NCBI GenBank assembly: GCA_050015075.1
Contig: JBEKCB010000007.1
Coordinates: 32,001 to 96,000 of the forward strand
DNA length: 64,000 bases
Direction: 5' to 3'
Origin: Candidatus Brocadiia bacterium
GTDB lineage: Bacteria; Planctomycetota; Brocadiia; CAIUPP01
The stretch's first letter is position 1. Each line of letters begins with the position of its first letter. Positions 10,101 through 18,929 of the stretch are shown in pieces. The notes under the pieces are model-generated. The model saw nothing but the letters and a program-made list of their open reading frames with translations. It did no database searches and was not told the origin of the DNA. The translations under genes and the position numbers were made by a program.

Positions 10101-10753
10101 GGGTGGAGTTCGCCCCCAAGGGCGCGATCAGCGTCTATGACCAGCGTCAGGCCGTGCTCCAGCAGCGCCAGGCCGAGCAGGAAGCGGCCATGAGCAAGGC
10201 CCATGACGAGTGCGTGGCCCGGACCAAGGTCCGCGAGGCCGAGGCCAAGGCCAGGCCGGCTCCGGCAAACACCGTGATCGTCGTCCAGGGCCGGAACTTC
10301 TCGGCCGAAGGCGGCGGCCATGTCCAGACCTCGGACCTGAAGCGGGCCGTCGCCAGCGGAACGTGCATCCTGCAGTGGGACGCCCAGGGCCAGTGGCTCG
10401 AATGGACGTTCGACGTGCCTGCCGAGGGCTATTACAACTTGACCCTCTGCTACTGCAGCGAGCTGGACCTGGCGCAGCGCCAGATCAAGGTCGCCGGCGA
10501 GGTGCAGGAACCGTTCGCCCCGATGGTCTTCCCGTCCACCGGCGGCTGGGCCAACGGCTCGGACGACTGGCGGCTGTTCACGGCCTCGAACCCGACGAAC
10601 GACAAGCCGCTGCTGCTGAAGTTCAAGCAGGGAAAGAACGTGGTCCGCCTGACGAACCTGAACGGGCGCGGAATCAACGTGGACTATGTGGCCCTGACCA
10701 GCCCGGACGTCAAGGTGACGCGCAAGTTGCTGGCCGGAATGCTGAAAAAATAG
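7112..10753 (+). CDS. Secreted polysaccharide lyase: alginate-lyase-like alpha/alpha domain, heparinase II/III domain and C-terminal CBM6/35-like domain
   Basis: Signal peptide after GGAGAAGAGG; motifs TNW, DGMWAEGAMGYQF, SHGHPDKL, DPGSVWY and STLAHNTLVVD; C-terminal GQWLEWTFDVPAEGYY..FPSTGGW..INVDYVAL. Confidence 0.85.
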   Translation: MRHLVAILALAGLAAMATAQTTATKPKGAPRPMEQAPAADQPDSTGLYNAALLELGATAKGSGAAFNRDWPPDNMLVRDMYSGGTIFDKSGSLKGGRVDIRLLIPVDIKAIEVVGLDYHGTRQPKAIDIFVEGKRVGHADLADAPGQIQRIELEAHGQNVGILVTDEYPPRPLDYGGWMRLRVLTTTNVAEKMKTPAQYDVKASPSNLVPTGGSAAEGKVQVVGQPRMTQGHPCTLWDNEDIAHYKDMLKTSKELQAQLAGLKTSMDIRMTQPFGIPQPEKGPDGQWMHLIDNKVSPNGQTYGAIHNQLALDIANLGAVYVLTGEEKYADFCKKLLLAYADAYPNYGIGARPGFNHDPSKVFDQRLSDATWLIQVARGYDLIHNLPSITPEERKHIEDDLVRANGRHITENHAAVEAPTNWSAIDTCAVLTAGYACDDEKLINIAYYGLQGTEEKPTGGLFERHFTQPIDVDGMWAEGAMGYQFMALQALVMDAEELWHHGIDMYRYHNCALKRLFDSPLQFCYPDLTTPATHDSGRDSIVGGDSYVYEYAYRRYRDPSYLLILNQTGRHLDAHFQQFPVSVLYDRDPKEKQPAVEFKSVNFFGVGYGITRITTPAGITSLLLEYGPNRSHGHPDKLCLDLYAFNDQLMMDPGSVWYELPLYLQWYHSTLAHNTLVVDERNQVMCGATQLVYAPAETMGMQRASCRDAYPGVIMDRATFMTADYVADIFGAFASLQRRYDLAWHIRGEFASDLKLDPTTLPEPREFGYVALTNVRKAAPSDKAWSATVTREGNVARFVAAGGTPTEVIVGDGHYGLETPPAILERRETAATVYGNAIDISGGKQAYVKGLQQEGSLEAGYGLLKVETAKGTDLCFASYRPGAYQAGGLETDAQQAFVVMDGHAVKAMYLGGGKMLKAGGAALERSEPGLACIEKADTGAYVLANPSPSDATVTVTFKPLAAMEAFNLDLTGRRSGAATVSPGAVANSFSLQMKATSRVEFAPKGAISVYDQRQAVLQQRQAEQEAAMSKAHDECVARTKVREAEAKARPAPANTVIVVQGRNFSAEGGGHVQTSDLKRAVASGTCILQWDAQGQWLEWTFDVPAEGYYNLTLCYCSELDLAQRQIKVAGEVQEPFAPMVFPSTGGWANGSDDWRLFTASNPTNDKPLLLKFKQGKNVVRLTNLNGRGINVDYVALTSPDVKVTRKLLAGMLKK

Positions 10754-10764
10754 AGCCGCTCGTA

Positions 10765-10790
10765 GTGTGCCCGTAAGGGCATACGTTTTT
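10765..10790 (+). terminator. Rho-independent terminator
   Basis: GTGTGCCC-GTAA-GGGCATAC stem-loop followed by GTTTTT, just after the lyase stop codon. Confidence 0.65.
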
Positions 10791-10871
10791 CCACTGCGCT
10801 TGACGGAAGCAGCGCCTGACGGCGCCACTGCAAGCAATACGCTCGCGCGGGTGAGACCGGAGATTCCCGTG

Positions 10872-11324
10872 ATGCACTTTGACATGGACCACATCGCCTT
10901 GAACGTGCGCGACATGAATTCCATGCTCCGGTTCTACGTCGCCGTCCTGGGCCTGAAGCCGGAACGGCTCGATCTCTACCGCAAGCGGAAGGCGCCGTTC
11001 CCGTCGGTGCGCGTTAATGCCGACACCATCATTGACCTGTTCCCTGCGGCGATGTGGCAAGGCAAACAGGGGAAGCGCGTCCGGAAGCTGAATCCCGACG
11101 CCCGGCTCAACCACGTCTGCCTGGCGATCCGGAAAGGGGAATGGGCTTCCTTCCTGAAGCGGATCCGGAAATGCGGCGTCCACGTGCTGGAAGGCCCCGT
11201 GCCGCGATGGGGAGCGCACGGCACGGGGATTTCGGTTTACTTCTACGACCCCGACGGAAATAAGATCGAGGTCCGGCATTACCCGGCCAAGAAGCGCGGG
11301 CGAATAGAAGGCCTCGTGTCATGA
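10872..11324 (+). CDS. VOC/glyoxalase family protein
   Basis: DHIALNVRD..FY..VLGL, LNHVCL and SVYFYDPDGNKIE motifs. Confidence 0.9.
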   Translation: MHFDMDHIALNVRDMNSMLRFYVAVLGLKPERLDLYRKRKAPFPSVRVNADTIIDLFPAAMWQGKQGKRVRKLNPDARLNHVCLAIRKGEWASFLKRIRKCGVHVLEGPVPRWGAHGTGISVYFYDPDGNKIEVRHYPAKKRGRIEGLVS

Positions 11325-11508
11325 CAGCCTCTCGCGCCGCGTGAAGGTCCCAGTTGACCGCCGGCCATCCGCCTGCTTTCCAGCGCCTTCCCTATGAGCA
11401 GAAACCTTATGCACTTTTCAGGACGGACGGCGGCAGGATTTGCTTGACATGGCCGGCCGCGTCCGAGAGACTTATTTTAAGGAGTGCGGTTGGATAAGGA
11501 GGCAAGCC

Positions 11509-11985
11509 ATGTCAATATCACATCGTTCGTCCCCATGGTTCCTGATTGCGGCGGGCTTCATGTGCCTGGCCTGCGCGTTCACGGCGACCCGGACCGAGGC
11601 AGCCGCGAAGGCGGCTTTCCCCGTCCAGTCGTCGGAATTGCGCGGGATTCTAGCCAGCGTGGACACAGCCACCGGCAGCTTCATTATGGCGACCGAGGTG
11701 ACGCGAGGCGTGCCCGGGCCGGAGGTGCGGATGTTCACGAACGCACAAACGGTCATCATCGTTGACGGCTCGAACGGCATCTTTGCCTTGTTGAGACCCG
11801 GGATGTTCGTCACCGTCGTCGCGGCGAACGGCGTCGCCGTACTGGTTGACGCTCGCACCAGCGGGCCTGCGCCGTTGTCTCCCGAAGCGGGCGGGTTATT
11901 GGTGAAGATGGGTCTCGTAAAGCAGGCCGAGGGCCTTCAGGCCGCGGGCCCCTTCAACCGCCGCTCGCAGAGCGCCGGCGCCTGA
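11509..11985 (+). CDS. Small secreted or membrane hypothetical protein (beta-rich)
   Basis: Strong TAAGGAGG RBS; hydrophobic N-terminus; 3' end overlaps the convergent GT4 gene. Confidence 0.6.
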   Translation: MSISHRSSPWFLIAAGFMCLACAFTATRTEAAAKAAFPVQSSELRGILASVDTATGSFIMATEVTRGVPGPEVRMFTNAQTVIIVDGSNGIFALLRPGMFVTVVAANGVAVLVDARTSGPAPLSPEAGGLLVKMGLVKQAEGLQAAGPFNRRSQSAGA

Positions 11986-13046
11986 GCGGCCTGGACGCTC
12001 GGCATGACGTGGGACAACACGTCCCACGTGCGCTCGGCGCATTGCCGCCATGAGAACTGCGCCGCGCGCTCGATCCCGCGCTCGCCGAGGCGGCGCCGCT
12101 TTTCCTTGTCGGTCAGGAGCGCCAGCATCGCGTCGGCTATTGCGCGGACGTCGCCGGGATTGACGTAGGCTGCCGCGTCGCCCATCACCTCGCGCAAGGC
12201 GGGGATATCGCTGACCAGCGCGGGCGTGCCGCAGGCCGCCGCCTCGAGCGCGGCCAGGCCGAAGCTTTCATGAAGCGACGGGAGCACCAGCAGCGCCGCG
12301 CTCCGATAAATCGCCGCCAGCTCCTCGCTGTCATTGACTTGGCCGAGCCATCGGACGCGGTCCGCGCCGATCCGCGCGACGACGGCCTCCGTCTCCGGCG
12401 CGAGCGCGAAGGGAGAGCCCTTTCGGCCCACGACCCAAAGGGCGCACGCCGTCTTGTCGCGGATTTCGGCGAACGACGCGAGCAGGCCGTGGAGGTTCTT
12501 GGCCGAGCTCAGGCTGCCGACGAACAGCACCACGGGCAGGCGGCGCGGCTCGCGGGGCGGGGCGAAGGTCCGGCTGACGCCGAGCGGGATCACGCGGATC
12601 TTCGCCGCCGCGGAGGGAAAACGCGCTGCGATCCGTTCGGCCTCGGCATGGGAAACCGTGATGACCGCGTCGGCGCGCCACATCGCCCGCGCGACGACGA
12701 GGCGGTAATAGTTGCGGAATGCCCAGCGGTAACTCCCGGCGACCTCCATGAAGGGCAAGGAATGGATCGTCACCACCAGGCCGGTGCGCCTGGGAACGTA
12801 GAGCGGCGCCACATTGGCCGGGCAGAAAAGGACCTTGTAGCGGCCGGCCAGCCGCGGCAGGACCAGGTGCTCCCAGCATTGCCGGCCGTATCTCGTCGTC
12901 GCGCCCGGGGTGGCCACGTCGAAGGGCAGCGCCCGTTCCCGCAACGCGCCGACGAGTTCGCGGGCATAGCGCTGGACGCCGGATAACCCGGCGTGCTTCA
13001 GCACGCGACCGTCAATCAGGACCGCCGCTTTTTCGTTAGCGATCAT
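11937..13046 (-). CDS. Glycosyltransferase family 4
   Basis: SGVQRY, FVGSLSSAKN and PSLHESFGLAALEAAACG (EX7E) motifs. Confidence 0.93.
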   Translation of the reverse strand: MIANEKAAVLIDGRVLKHAGLSGVQRYARELVGALRERALPFDVATPGATTRYGRQCWEHLVLPRLAGRYKVLFCPANVAPLYVPRRTGLVVTIHSLPFMEVAGSYRWAFRNYYRLVVARAMWRADAVITVSHAEAERIAARFPSAAAKIRVIPLGVSRTFAPPREPRRLPVVLFVGSLSSAKNLHGLLASFAEIRDKTACALWVVGRKGSPFALAPETEAVVARIGADRVRWLGQVNDSEELAAIYRSAALLVLPSLHESFGLAALEAAACGTPALVSDIPALREVMGDAAAYVNPGDVRAIADAMLALLTDKEKRRRLGERGIERAAQFSWRQCAERTWDVLSHVMPSVQAAQAPALCERRLKGPAA

Positions 13047-14287
13047 TCAGGCCGCACTGTTCCTCCGCCTTGCCGGCCTGCATGCTCGGGAATCCGTTCC
13101 CGCTGGGAGCGGGATGACGTGTGATTGACTTCGCGCACCAGGACGCCCTCGCACTCGGGAAGAAGCGCGGGCCGGAGAGCGGTCTGCTGTTCCATGGGGA
13201 TTGAGGTCGGTTCGGTGCGCGCGGGGCCGGTGATCGTCCGAATGGGCGCCTGCCAGCTGATCTGACCCTCCTGGACAAAAGAGAACGGCACGTTGCGGAT
13301 TTTGAGTTCCGCCGCCGCCTCCAGCACCGAGTCGCGCTTCTCGATGGAGCAACAGGCCACCATGTGCCCGCCGCCGCCGGCGCCGGTGATCTTGCCGCCG
13401 GTCATTCCCGCCTCGCTGAGCCGCTCGTAGATCGCATCTATCGCCGGATTGGAGACATCCTTGCTGAACTGTTTCTTCTGCTGCCAGAGGAGATGCAGGA
13501 GGCCGCCGATCCGCTCGACGTCCACGTCCTCGAGGGCCTCGCGCATCTCGGCCACGCGCATCTTGGAGGCGTGAAAGGCTTCGAGCGACCTGCCGCCGTT
13601 CTTCATCGCCGTGCGCTGGTCCTCGATGATGCCGCCGGAAGCCTTCCGCTCTCCCAGCCAGAAGAGCAGCAGGGCCTGGTTCAGTATGCGCTCGCCGGCC
13701 CGGCCGATGTCCAGGGGGCGGGTGCGGACCTTGTTTCCTCCCAGGAACTCGAAATGGTTGAATCCGCCGAACGCGGCGGCGTACTGGTCCTGCCGGCCCG
13801 AGGCGTTCCCCAGCCGGACCGTCTCGATCTCATACGCCAGTTCCGCCAGATCGTAATTGTTCAGCTTCTTGCCATGCCGGGCGGCGTTGAAGGCGCCGAG
13901 GACCGCCATGCACATGGCGCCCGATCCGCCGAGGCCGCTCCGCATGGGAAGGCTTGAATAGACGAACAGCTCAAAGCCGCCGCGGCCGTCGTACATCGCC
14001 TGGGCGGCCGCCTTGATGAAGTCCAGTTGTCCGTCGAACGCCATGTCCTTGAAGCTGGGATAGACCATCGGCTGGGGGCGCGTATTGGCGTGAATGATCA
14101 CCGTGGGATCGCGCGACAGCCGCAACCGCGCGAGCATGAAGACCGAGATGGTCGCATTGACGACCTCGCCGCCGAACTGCTCCGGGTACGGCGAGACGTC
14201 GGTGCCGCCGCCCGCCAGGCTGATGCGCGTGGGGGCCTGGCTGATGATCTCCACTTCATACAGGCCGTTTCCATTTCCGTTCGCCAT
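13043..14287 (-). CDS. hddA: GHMP kinase, D-glycero-alpha-D-manno-heptose-7-phosphate kinase-like
   Basis: APTRISLAGGGTD, PMRSGLGGSG, GRQDQYAAAFGG and GGKITGAGGGG motifs; start at the TGATG overlap at 14287. Confidence 0.8.
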   Translation of the reverse strand: MANGNGNGLYEVEIISQAPTRISLAGGGTDVSPYPEQFGGEVVNATISVFMLARLRLSRDPTVIIHANTRPQPMVYPSFKDMAFDGQLDFIKAAAQAMYDGRGGFELFVYSSLPMRSGLGGSGAMCMAVLGAFNAARHGKKLNNYDLAELAYEIETVRLGNASGRQDQYAAAFGGFNHFEFLGGNKVRTRPLDIGRAGERILNQALLLFWLGERKASGGIIEDQRTAMKNGGRSLEAFHASKMRVAEMREALEDVDVERIGGLLHLLWQQKKQFSKDVSNPAIDAIYERLSEAGMTGGKITGAGGGGHMVACCSIEKRDSVLEAAAELKIRNVPFSFVQEGQISWQAPIRTITGPARTEPTSIPMEQQTALRPALLPECEGVLVREVNHTSSRSQRERIPEHAGRQGGGTVRPE

Positions 14288-15024
14288 CAACGTGGCCTCC
14301 TCTGCTTTTCGGGCGTCAATCCGCCGGCCATCTGTTTGCGGAACTCTTCCAGGGAGGACATGGTGCCGATGTCCGCGAACCCGGCGTCGCAAGTATAGGC
14401 GGCGATGCGTCCGCTCAGCCGCGGAAAAACGTCCTTCTCCAGCGAGAAGGCCGTCCCGCGCTTGAACGGCTCGAGAGCCTGCCGGCTCATGACGTACACG
14501 CCGCCGTTGATCCAGCCCGGACCGGCGTGCGGCTTCTTCTCCTCGAATCCCGCGACGCGCCCTTCCCGGACCGTCACCTTCCCGAAGCGGCTGCAGTCGT
14601 CCTGGCGCGCGAGCGCCATGGTGGCGGGCAGCCCTTGCTCGCGGTGGGTCCGGAGCATCGCCCGCCAGTCCTCCGGCAGGAACGTGTCCGCGTTGGCCAC
14701 GAGCGCGGCGTCGCGCCACAGCGGCTGCGCCCACAGCAGCGCGCCGCCGGTGCCCAGCGGCTCCGGTTCCACGGAGTACTCGATCCGCCATCCGAAGCGC
14801 GCCCCGTCGCCGAAGTACGCCTCGATCTGTTCCCACCGGTAGCTCACCGCCAGCACAAACCGCCGGAAACCCAGAGAGCCGAAGTGGTCGAGGAGCAGTT
14901 GGAGGAACGGGCGATCGCCCACGGGAACCATGGACTTGGGAACGCTGTCGGTGATGGGGCGCAGCCGCGTGCTCAGGCCGCCCGCCAGCAGACAAACCGG
15001 GAAGTCCTGCACTCTCGGGTCCAC
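14287..15024 (-). CDS. hddC: Sugar-1-phosphate nucleotidyltransferase (HddC-like guanylyltransferase)
   Basis: LAGGLSTRL..PKSM, EPLGTGGAL, NADT, INGGVY and FADIG motifs; adjacent to the HddA-like kinase; GTG start after GAAGAGG. Confidence 0.75.
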   Translation of the reverse strand: MDPRVQDFPVCLLAGGLSTRLRPITDSVPKSMVPVGDRPFLQLLLDHFGSLGFRRFVLAVSYRWEQIEAYFGDGARFGWRIEYSVEPEPLGTGGALLWAQPLWRDAALVANADTFLPEDWRAMLRTHREQGLPATMALARQDDCSRFGKVTVREGRVAGFEEKKPHAGPGWINGGVYVMSRQALEPFKRGTAFSLEKDVFPRLSGRIAAYTCDAGFADIGTMSSLEEFRKQMAGGLTPEKQRRPR

Positions 15025-15041
15025 AGCTGCACCTCTTCGGT

Positions 15042-16241
15042 CTATGCGTGAGCGTGTCGCGTCATGAAATCGCGCAAAGTGTTCATCAGATAGTCCACGT
15101 GTTGCGGACCCAGGTCCTGGTGGACGCCGACGTGGAATCCATGCGTGCCCACGTACTCGGCCTCGGGGAACTGACCGGGTTCGTATCCCAGGAACGCAAA
15201 GCCGGCGCACTGAGTGGGCATGGAGAGGAACAGGTTGCGGGTGTCAATGCCGGCTTCCTCCAGGTGGCGGACGAGTTCGTCCCGGGTGAACGGGGCGTTC
15301 TCCGCCACCAGGATAGGCAGCGCGTGCGGCCCGATGCGCTCGTGGTCCTCCTGGCGGAAGGTCGTCAGGTGCGGCTCGAACTCGCGGAGCCGCTCCATCA
15401 TTTCGGCGAGATTGCGGCTGCGCTTCTCCAGGATCTCGTGGTACACGCCGAGGCTGCCCAATCCGACGGCGGCCTCCAGCTCGTTCATCTTGCTGGAGAA
15501 GCCGATCCGCTCGAAGACGAACCGCGCGTCGGACCCGTACTGGAACCGCCGCTTGCAGCCGCCGCCCGAGCTGTTGATCACGCAACTCTTGCACTTGCAC
15601 GCCCGGCCGTGCGACCGGAGCGAGCGGATGACCTCGGCGAAGTCCTCCCGGTCGGTGGTGATGACGCCGCCCTCGACGGAGGTGATGATGTGCGCCAGGT
15701 AGAGGCTGTAGGCGGCCATGTCGCCGAGTGTGCCGACGTTGCGCCCCTTATACGTGGCGCCGTGGGCTTCGGCGGCGTCCTCGACGACGAACAGGTCGTG
15801 TCGCCTGGCGATGGCGTTGATCGTGTCCATCTCGGCCGGCTTGCCCATGAGGTGAACGGGCATGATGGCCACCGTGCGATCGGTGACGGCCGCCTCGATG
15901 CGGGCCGGGTTGATGTTCAGCGTGGCCCGCTCGACGTCCACGAAGGCCGGCGTGAACCCGGCCTGGAGCACCGCGTTGCCGGTGGCGACGAAGGAGAGCG
16001 ATGGCACGATGACCTCATCGCCGCGCTCAGCGCCGAAATCGTACAGGGCGGCCAGCGCCAGAGCGTCGGCATCCGCGCCGCTCGATACGGCGACGGCCTC
16101 GCGCGTGCCGGTGAGTTCAGCGAAGCGCTGCTCGAATTCGCGGACCATTTTGCCGCTCGACACGCGGCCGCTTTCCAGGGCCGCGAGGACGCGCTGCTTC
16201 GCGTCATCGGTGATCGTGATGGTTCCGAAAGGAATCTTCAT
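15042..16241 (-). CDS. DegT/DnrJ/EryC1/StrS family PLP-dependent sugar aminotransferase or dehydratase
   Basis: AVSSG, VHLMG, EDAAEAHG and SLYLAHIITSVEGG motifs. Confidence 0.9.
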   Translation of the reverse strand: MKIPFGTITITDDAKQRVLAALESGRVSSGKMVREFEQRFAELTGTREAVAVSSGADADALALAALYDFGAERGDEVIVPSLSFVATGNAVLQAGFTPAFVDVERATLNINPARIEAAVTDRTVAIMPVHLMGKPAEMDTINAIARRHDLFVVEDAAEAHGATYKGRNVGTLGDMAAYSLYLAHIITSVEGGVITTDREDFAEVIRSLRSHGRACKCKSCVINSSGGGCKRRFQYGSDARFVFERIGFSSKMNELEAAVGLGSLGVYHEILEKRSRNLAEMMERLREFEPHLTTFRQEDHERIGPHALPILVAENAPFTRDELVRHLEEAGIDTRNLFLSMPTQCAGFAFLGYEPGQFPEAEYVGTHGFHVGVHQDLGPQHVDYLMNTLRDFMTRHAHA

Positions 16242-16271
16242 GGACCGCCTTTGCTTGCCGCTGCTCGGAAC

Positions 16272-17207
16272 TCAAACATTGCCGTAGGAGAACTTGGGCA
16301 GAAGCCGGTAGGACTTGATGAGTTCCGCGATGCCTTCTCGGAGCGTGCGCCCGGCCTTGAAGCCCGCCGCCTCGATCCTGGCGTTGGAGACGATGTAGTC
16401 GCGCTTGTCCGGGTCCTTGCCCAACGCGTATTCGGCAATGTGGAAATCCGGAATCTGCGCCTTGATCTCCTCGCACAGTTCCCGCTTGGACAGGTTCGCC
16501 TCGGACAGCCCCACGTTGTAGGGGCGTCCCTTCAGCCGGTCGAAATTCTCCAGGCAGAAGAGGAACGCGTCGGCCACGTCGCGCACGTGCAGGAAGTTGC
16601 GCTTGAAGTCCCCCTCGAACAGGACGATGAACCGGTCATTGACCGCGCGGAACACGAAGTCGTTCACCAGCAGGTCCGTCCGCATGCGCGGGCTGGCGCC
16701 GAAGACCGTGGCCAGGCGCAGCGTGACGGTGTTGTCCGCGGCGAGCAGCTCTCCCTCGATCTCCACCTTCAGCCGCCCGTACAAGCTGACCGGCCGCAGC
16801 GGCGTCTCCTCGGTGCAGTACTTGCCTTTCTCCCCGACTCCGTAGCCGCTGTTCGTGGTGGGAAAGATGATGAGCTGGCTCCCGGAGCGCAGTTTCAGGA
16901 TATCGCGGACCGCGTCCCGGATCACCGTCGTCGCGCCGACCGGGTCCTGGTTGCACAGCGGGGCGCCGGTCAGGCAGGCGAGCGGGAAGACGGCGTCAAC
17001 GTCCTTGAGGCACCGCGCGAGAAGGTCGCGGTCCCGGCAGTCTCCGCGCACCACGTCGAATCGAGGATTCGCACAGCATTCGAGGAGGGAACTCTGGCGG
17101 TACATGAAGTTGTCCAGCGCCAGCACCGCGTGCCCCGCCGCCAGCAATCGAGGGACCATGACCGAGCCAATATACCCGGCGGCGCCCGTCACGAGAATCT
17201 TCGCCAC
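16272..17207 (-). CDS. NAD-dependent nucleotide-sugar epimerase/dehydratase
   Basis: ILVTGAAGYIG and YGRLK (YxxxK); start codon uncertain (17207 or 17246). Confidence 0.9.
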   Translation of the reverse strand: MAKILVTGAAGYIGSVMVPRLLAAGHAVLALDNFMYRQSSLLECCANPRFDVVRGDCRDRDLLARCLKDVDAVFPLACLTGAPLCNQDPVGATTVIRDAVRDILKLRSGSQLIIFPTTNSGYGVGEKGKYCTEETPLRPVSLYGRLKVEIEGELLAADNTVTLRLATVFGASPRMRTDLLVNDFVFRAVNDRFIVLFEGDFKRNFLHVRDVADAFLFCLENFDRLKGRPYNVGLSEANLSKRELCEEIKAQIPDFHIAEYALGKDPDKRDYIVSNARIEAAGFKAGRTLREGIAELIKSYRLLPKFSYGNV

Positions 17208-17351
17208 GTCGCGCTCCGAAGCGCCTTCAGGTCCACTCAAAGGCACAAAATGCCTACTCTCTGAATCTTACCTATTCTGTCGGGTTTTCGCAAGATGTAT
17301 TCTGCGAGGCACCGCGGCCTGTGCAGGGCTTGCGAAGATTGAAGCTCGGCC

Positions 17352-18929
17352 CTATTGCATGGTAATGATGCGGTCCCGAGGCACGCCGAGCGCCTTCAGC
17401 CGCTCGACGCGCTCGCCGATCCCGACAATGGCCGCCACCACGATGGTGTCGCCGCTTTGAGCCATCTCCTTCTCCGTCATCGTCGGGCGCCCGAGCAATC
17501 GCGGCGGCGCCGTGGGCCGGAACGGGCACACGGCCTTGATGTGGACGGGCAGGCGCCTGGCCATCGCGCAGAGGACGCGGGCCACATCGCCCTCTCCGTA
17601 CAGAACCAGGTCGGTGCGGCGTTCCTGAATGGCAAAGCCCAGCGCCAGGGAGCACTGTCTGAACCAGTACCGGTCGAAGGCGATAATCCTCTTAAGGAAG
17701 GAGACCAGCGCTTTGGATTTGCGAACGCCCTCATGGGCGGCGGAACTGCCCGCTCGAGGGGCGGCGAGGGCGGCCGCGCGCCACTTGACCCGCCACTGAT
17801 GCCACAGAATGCGAAGCGCCACCGGCCGCAGATACAGACGCGTCCAGCGGCCGAGCCGGTGACCGAAGGGCGGTACATGCGCGGAGGCCGGCCCCTGCGC
17901 CGGGGCGCCCGAGCCCGCGCGTTCCCGCAAAGCGATCTTGCGTTCACCCAGACGATAAGGCCGCGTCACCGCGTCGAGCCGGTCGTACCGCCAGGACGGC
18001 AGCCAGTCCGGGTCCACCAGGTCTTCCAGCGGGGCGGCGCTCGGCGGGCGGACCGCGTCCAGGCGCAGCTTGCGCAGGGCCGGGCACTCGAGGAAGGGCA
18101 GCGTTCGGTTTGAATGGAGGCACATCAGCGCCCGGGTGGACATGTGCCGTCCGTCGTGCGGCCCGGCGTAATTGCGATCGCCGGCCTGGCCGGGATGCCA
18201 CACATGGTACAGCCACTCCGCGTCCTGCCAGACTTCCCGCTTTCCGAGGTTGACGAGCCGCCACGTCATCTCGTAAGCGCCCGCAATATGGCCCAGGTAG
18301 TCCAGGTGCATGTCGGACCCGCCGATGGCGACCAGGTCGTCGCGGCGCGCGGCCATGCACGCGCCGTAGTTCCGCGTGTGCAGAGGGTCGGCCTTGTCGA
18401 GCAATCCCAGCGGCTTGCCGTTGACCCAGTTGATGCACCCGAAGCCGGTGATGTCCTCGAACCGCGCTCGGTCGAAGGGATAGAAGCTCGGGTGGTTGTT
18501 GCGGACTTCGTCCAGATGCAGCACGATGTTCGGGTCCGCCTGGAAGGCGTTGCGGATGGACTCGATGAACGTGGGGCGCGCCAGGGCGTCGGAGTCCGCG
18601 AAGCACACGACGCGGCCGCGCGCCAGCAGGATGCCCGCGTTGTACATGGCGTGCTTGTGGTAGCACAGACCCGGGTCCATGCCCAGCACGGCCCAGACGT
18701 CCACAGGCGGCGCCTGGCCGGAAGCGGCCGCGCGGTCCATCCGCTCGCGCAGGGCCGGCCACTCGCGCTGATAGTACTCGATCCAGATGATCTCGTAACG
18801 CTCGCGGTCAACGGTCTGCTCGGCGAGGCAGTCGAGCAGGTGCGCGCTCTCCCGGCAGGACCAGTCCAGCAGGACCAGGCTGACATCCACGCCGGCGGGG
18901 CGCTCTCTATTGACGATGAACCGGGTCAC
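17352..18929 (-). CDS. Glycosyltransferase family 2 with C-terminal Rossmann-like domain
   Basis: YEIIWIE, YNAGILLARG..FADSD and HVWHP motifs; GTG start overlapping the upstream stop. Confidence 0.8.
   Translation of the reverse strand: MTRFIVNRERPAGVDVSLVLLDWSCRESAHLLDCLAEQTVDRERYEIIWIEYYQREWPALRERMDRAAASGQAPPVDVWAVLGMDPGLCYHKHAMYNAGILLARGRVVCFADSDALARPTFIESIRNAFQADPNIVLHLDEVRNNHPSFYPFDRARFEDITGFGCINWVNGKPLGLLDKADPLHTRNYGACMAARRDDLVAIGGSDMHLDYLGHIAGAYEMTWRLVNLGKREVWQDAEWLYHVWHPGQAGDRNYAGPHDGRHMSTRALMCLHSNRTLPFLECPALRKLRLDAVRPPSAAPLEDLVDPDWLPSWRYDRLDAVTRPYRLGERKIALRERAGSGAPAQGPASAHVPPFGHRLGRWTRLYLRPVALRILWHQWRVKWRAAALAAPRAGSSAAHEGVRKSKALVSFLKRIIAFDRYWFRQCSLALGFAIQERRTDLVLYGEGDVARVLCAMARRLPVHIKAVCPFRPTAPPRLLGRPTMTEKEMAQSGDTIVVAAIVGIGERVERLKALGVPRDRIITMQ

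Noticed and set aside
11444-11472. TTGACA promoter candidates at 11444, 6966 and 34818
   Set aside because: No good -10 element at 16-18 bp spacing.
13043-14995. 650-aa version of the kinase ORF, and extended starts of 17352..19115, 36444..37847, 37848..39455 and 49961..54193
   Set aside because: The extensions overlap neighbouring genes or lack an RBS; downstream starts with an RBS or stop/start coupling fit better.
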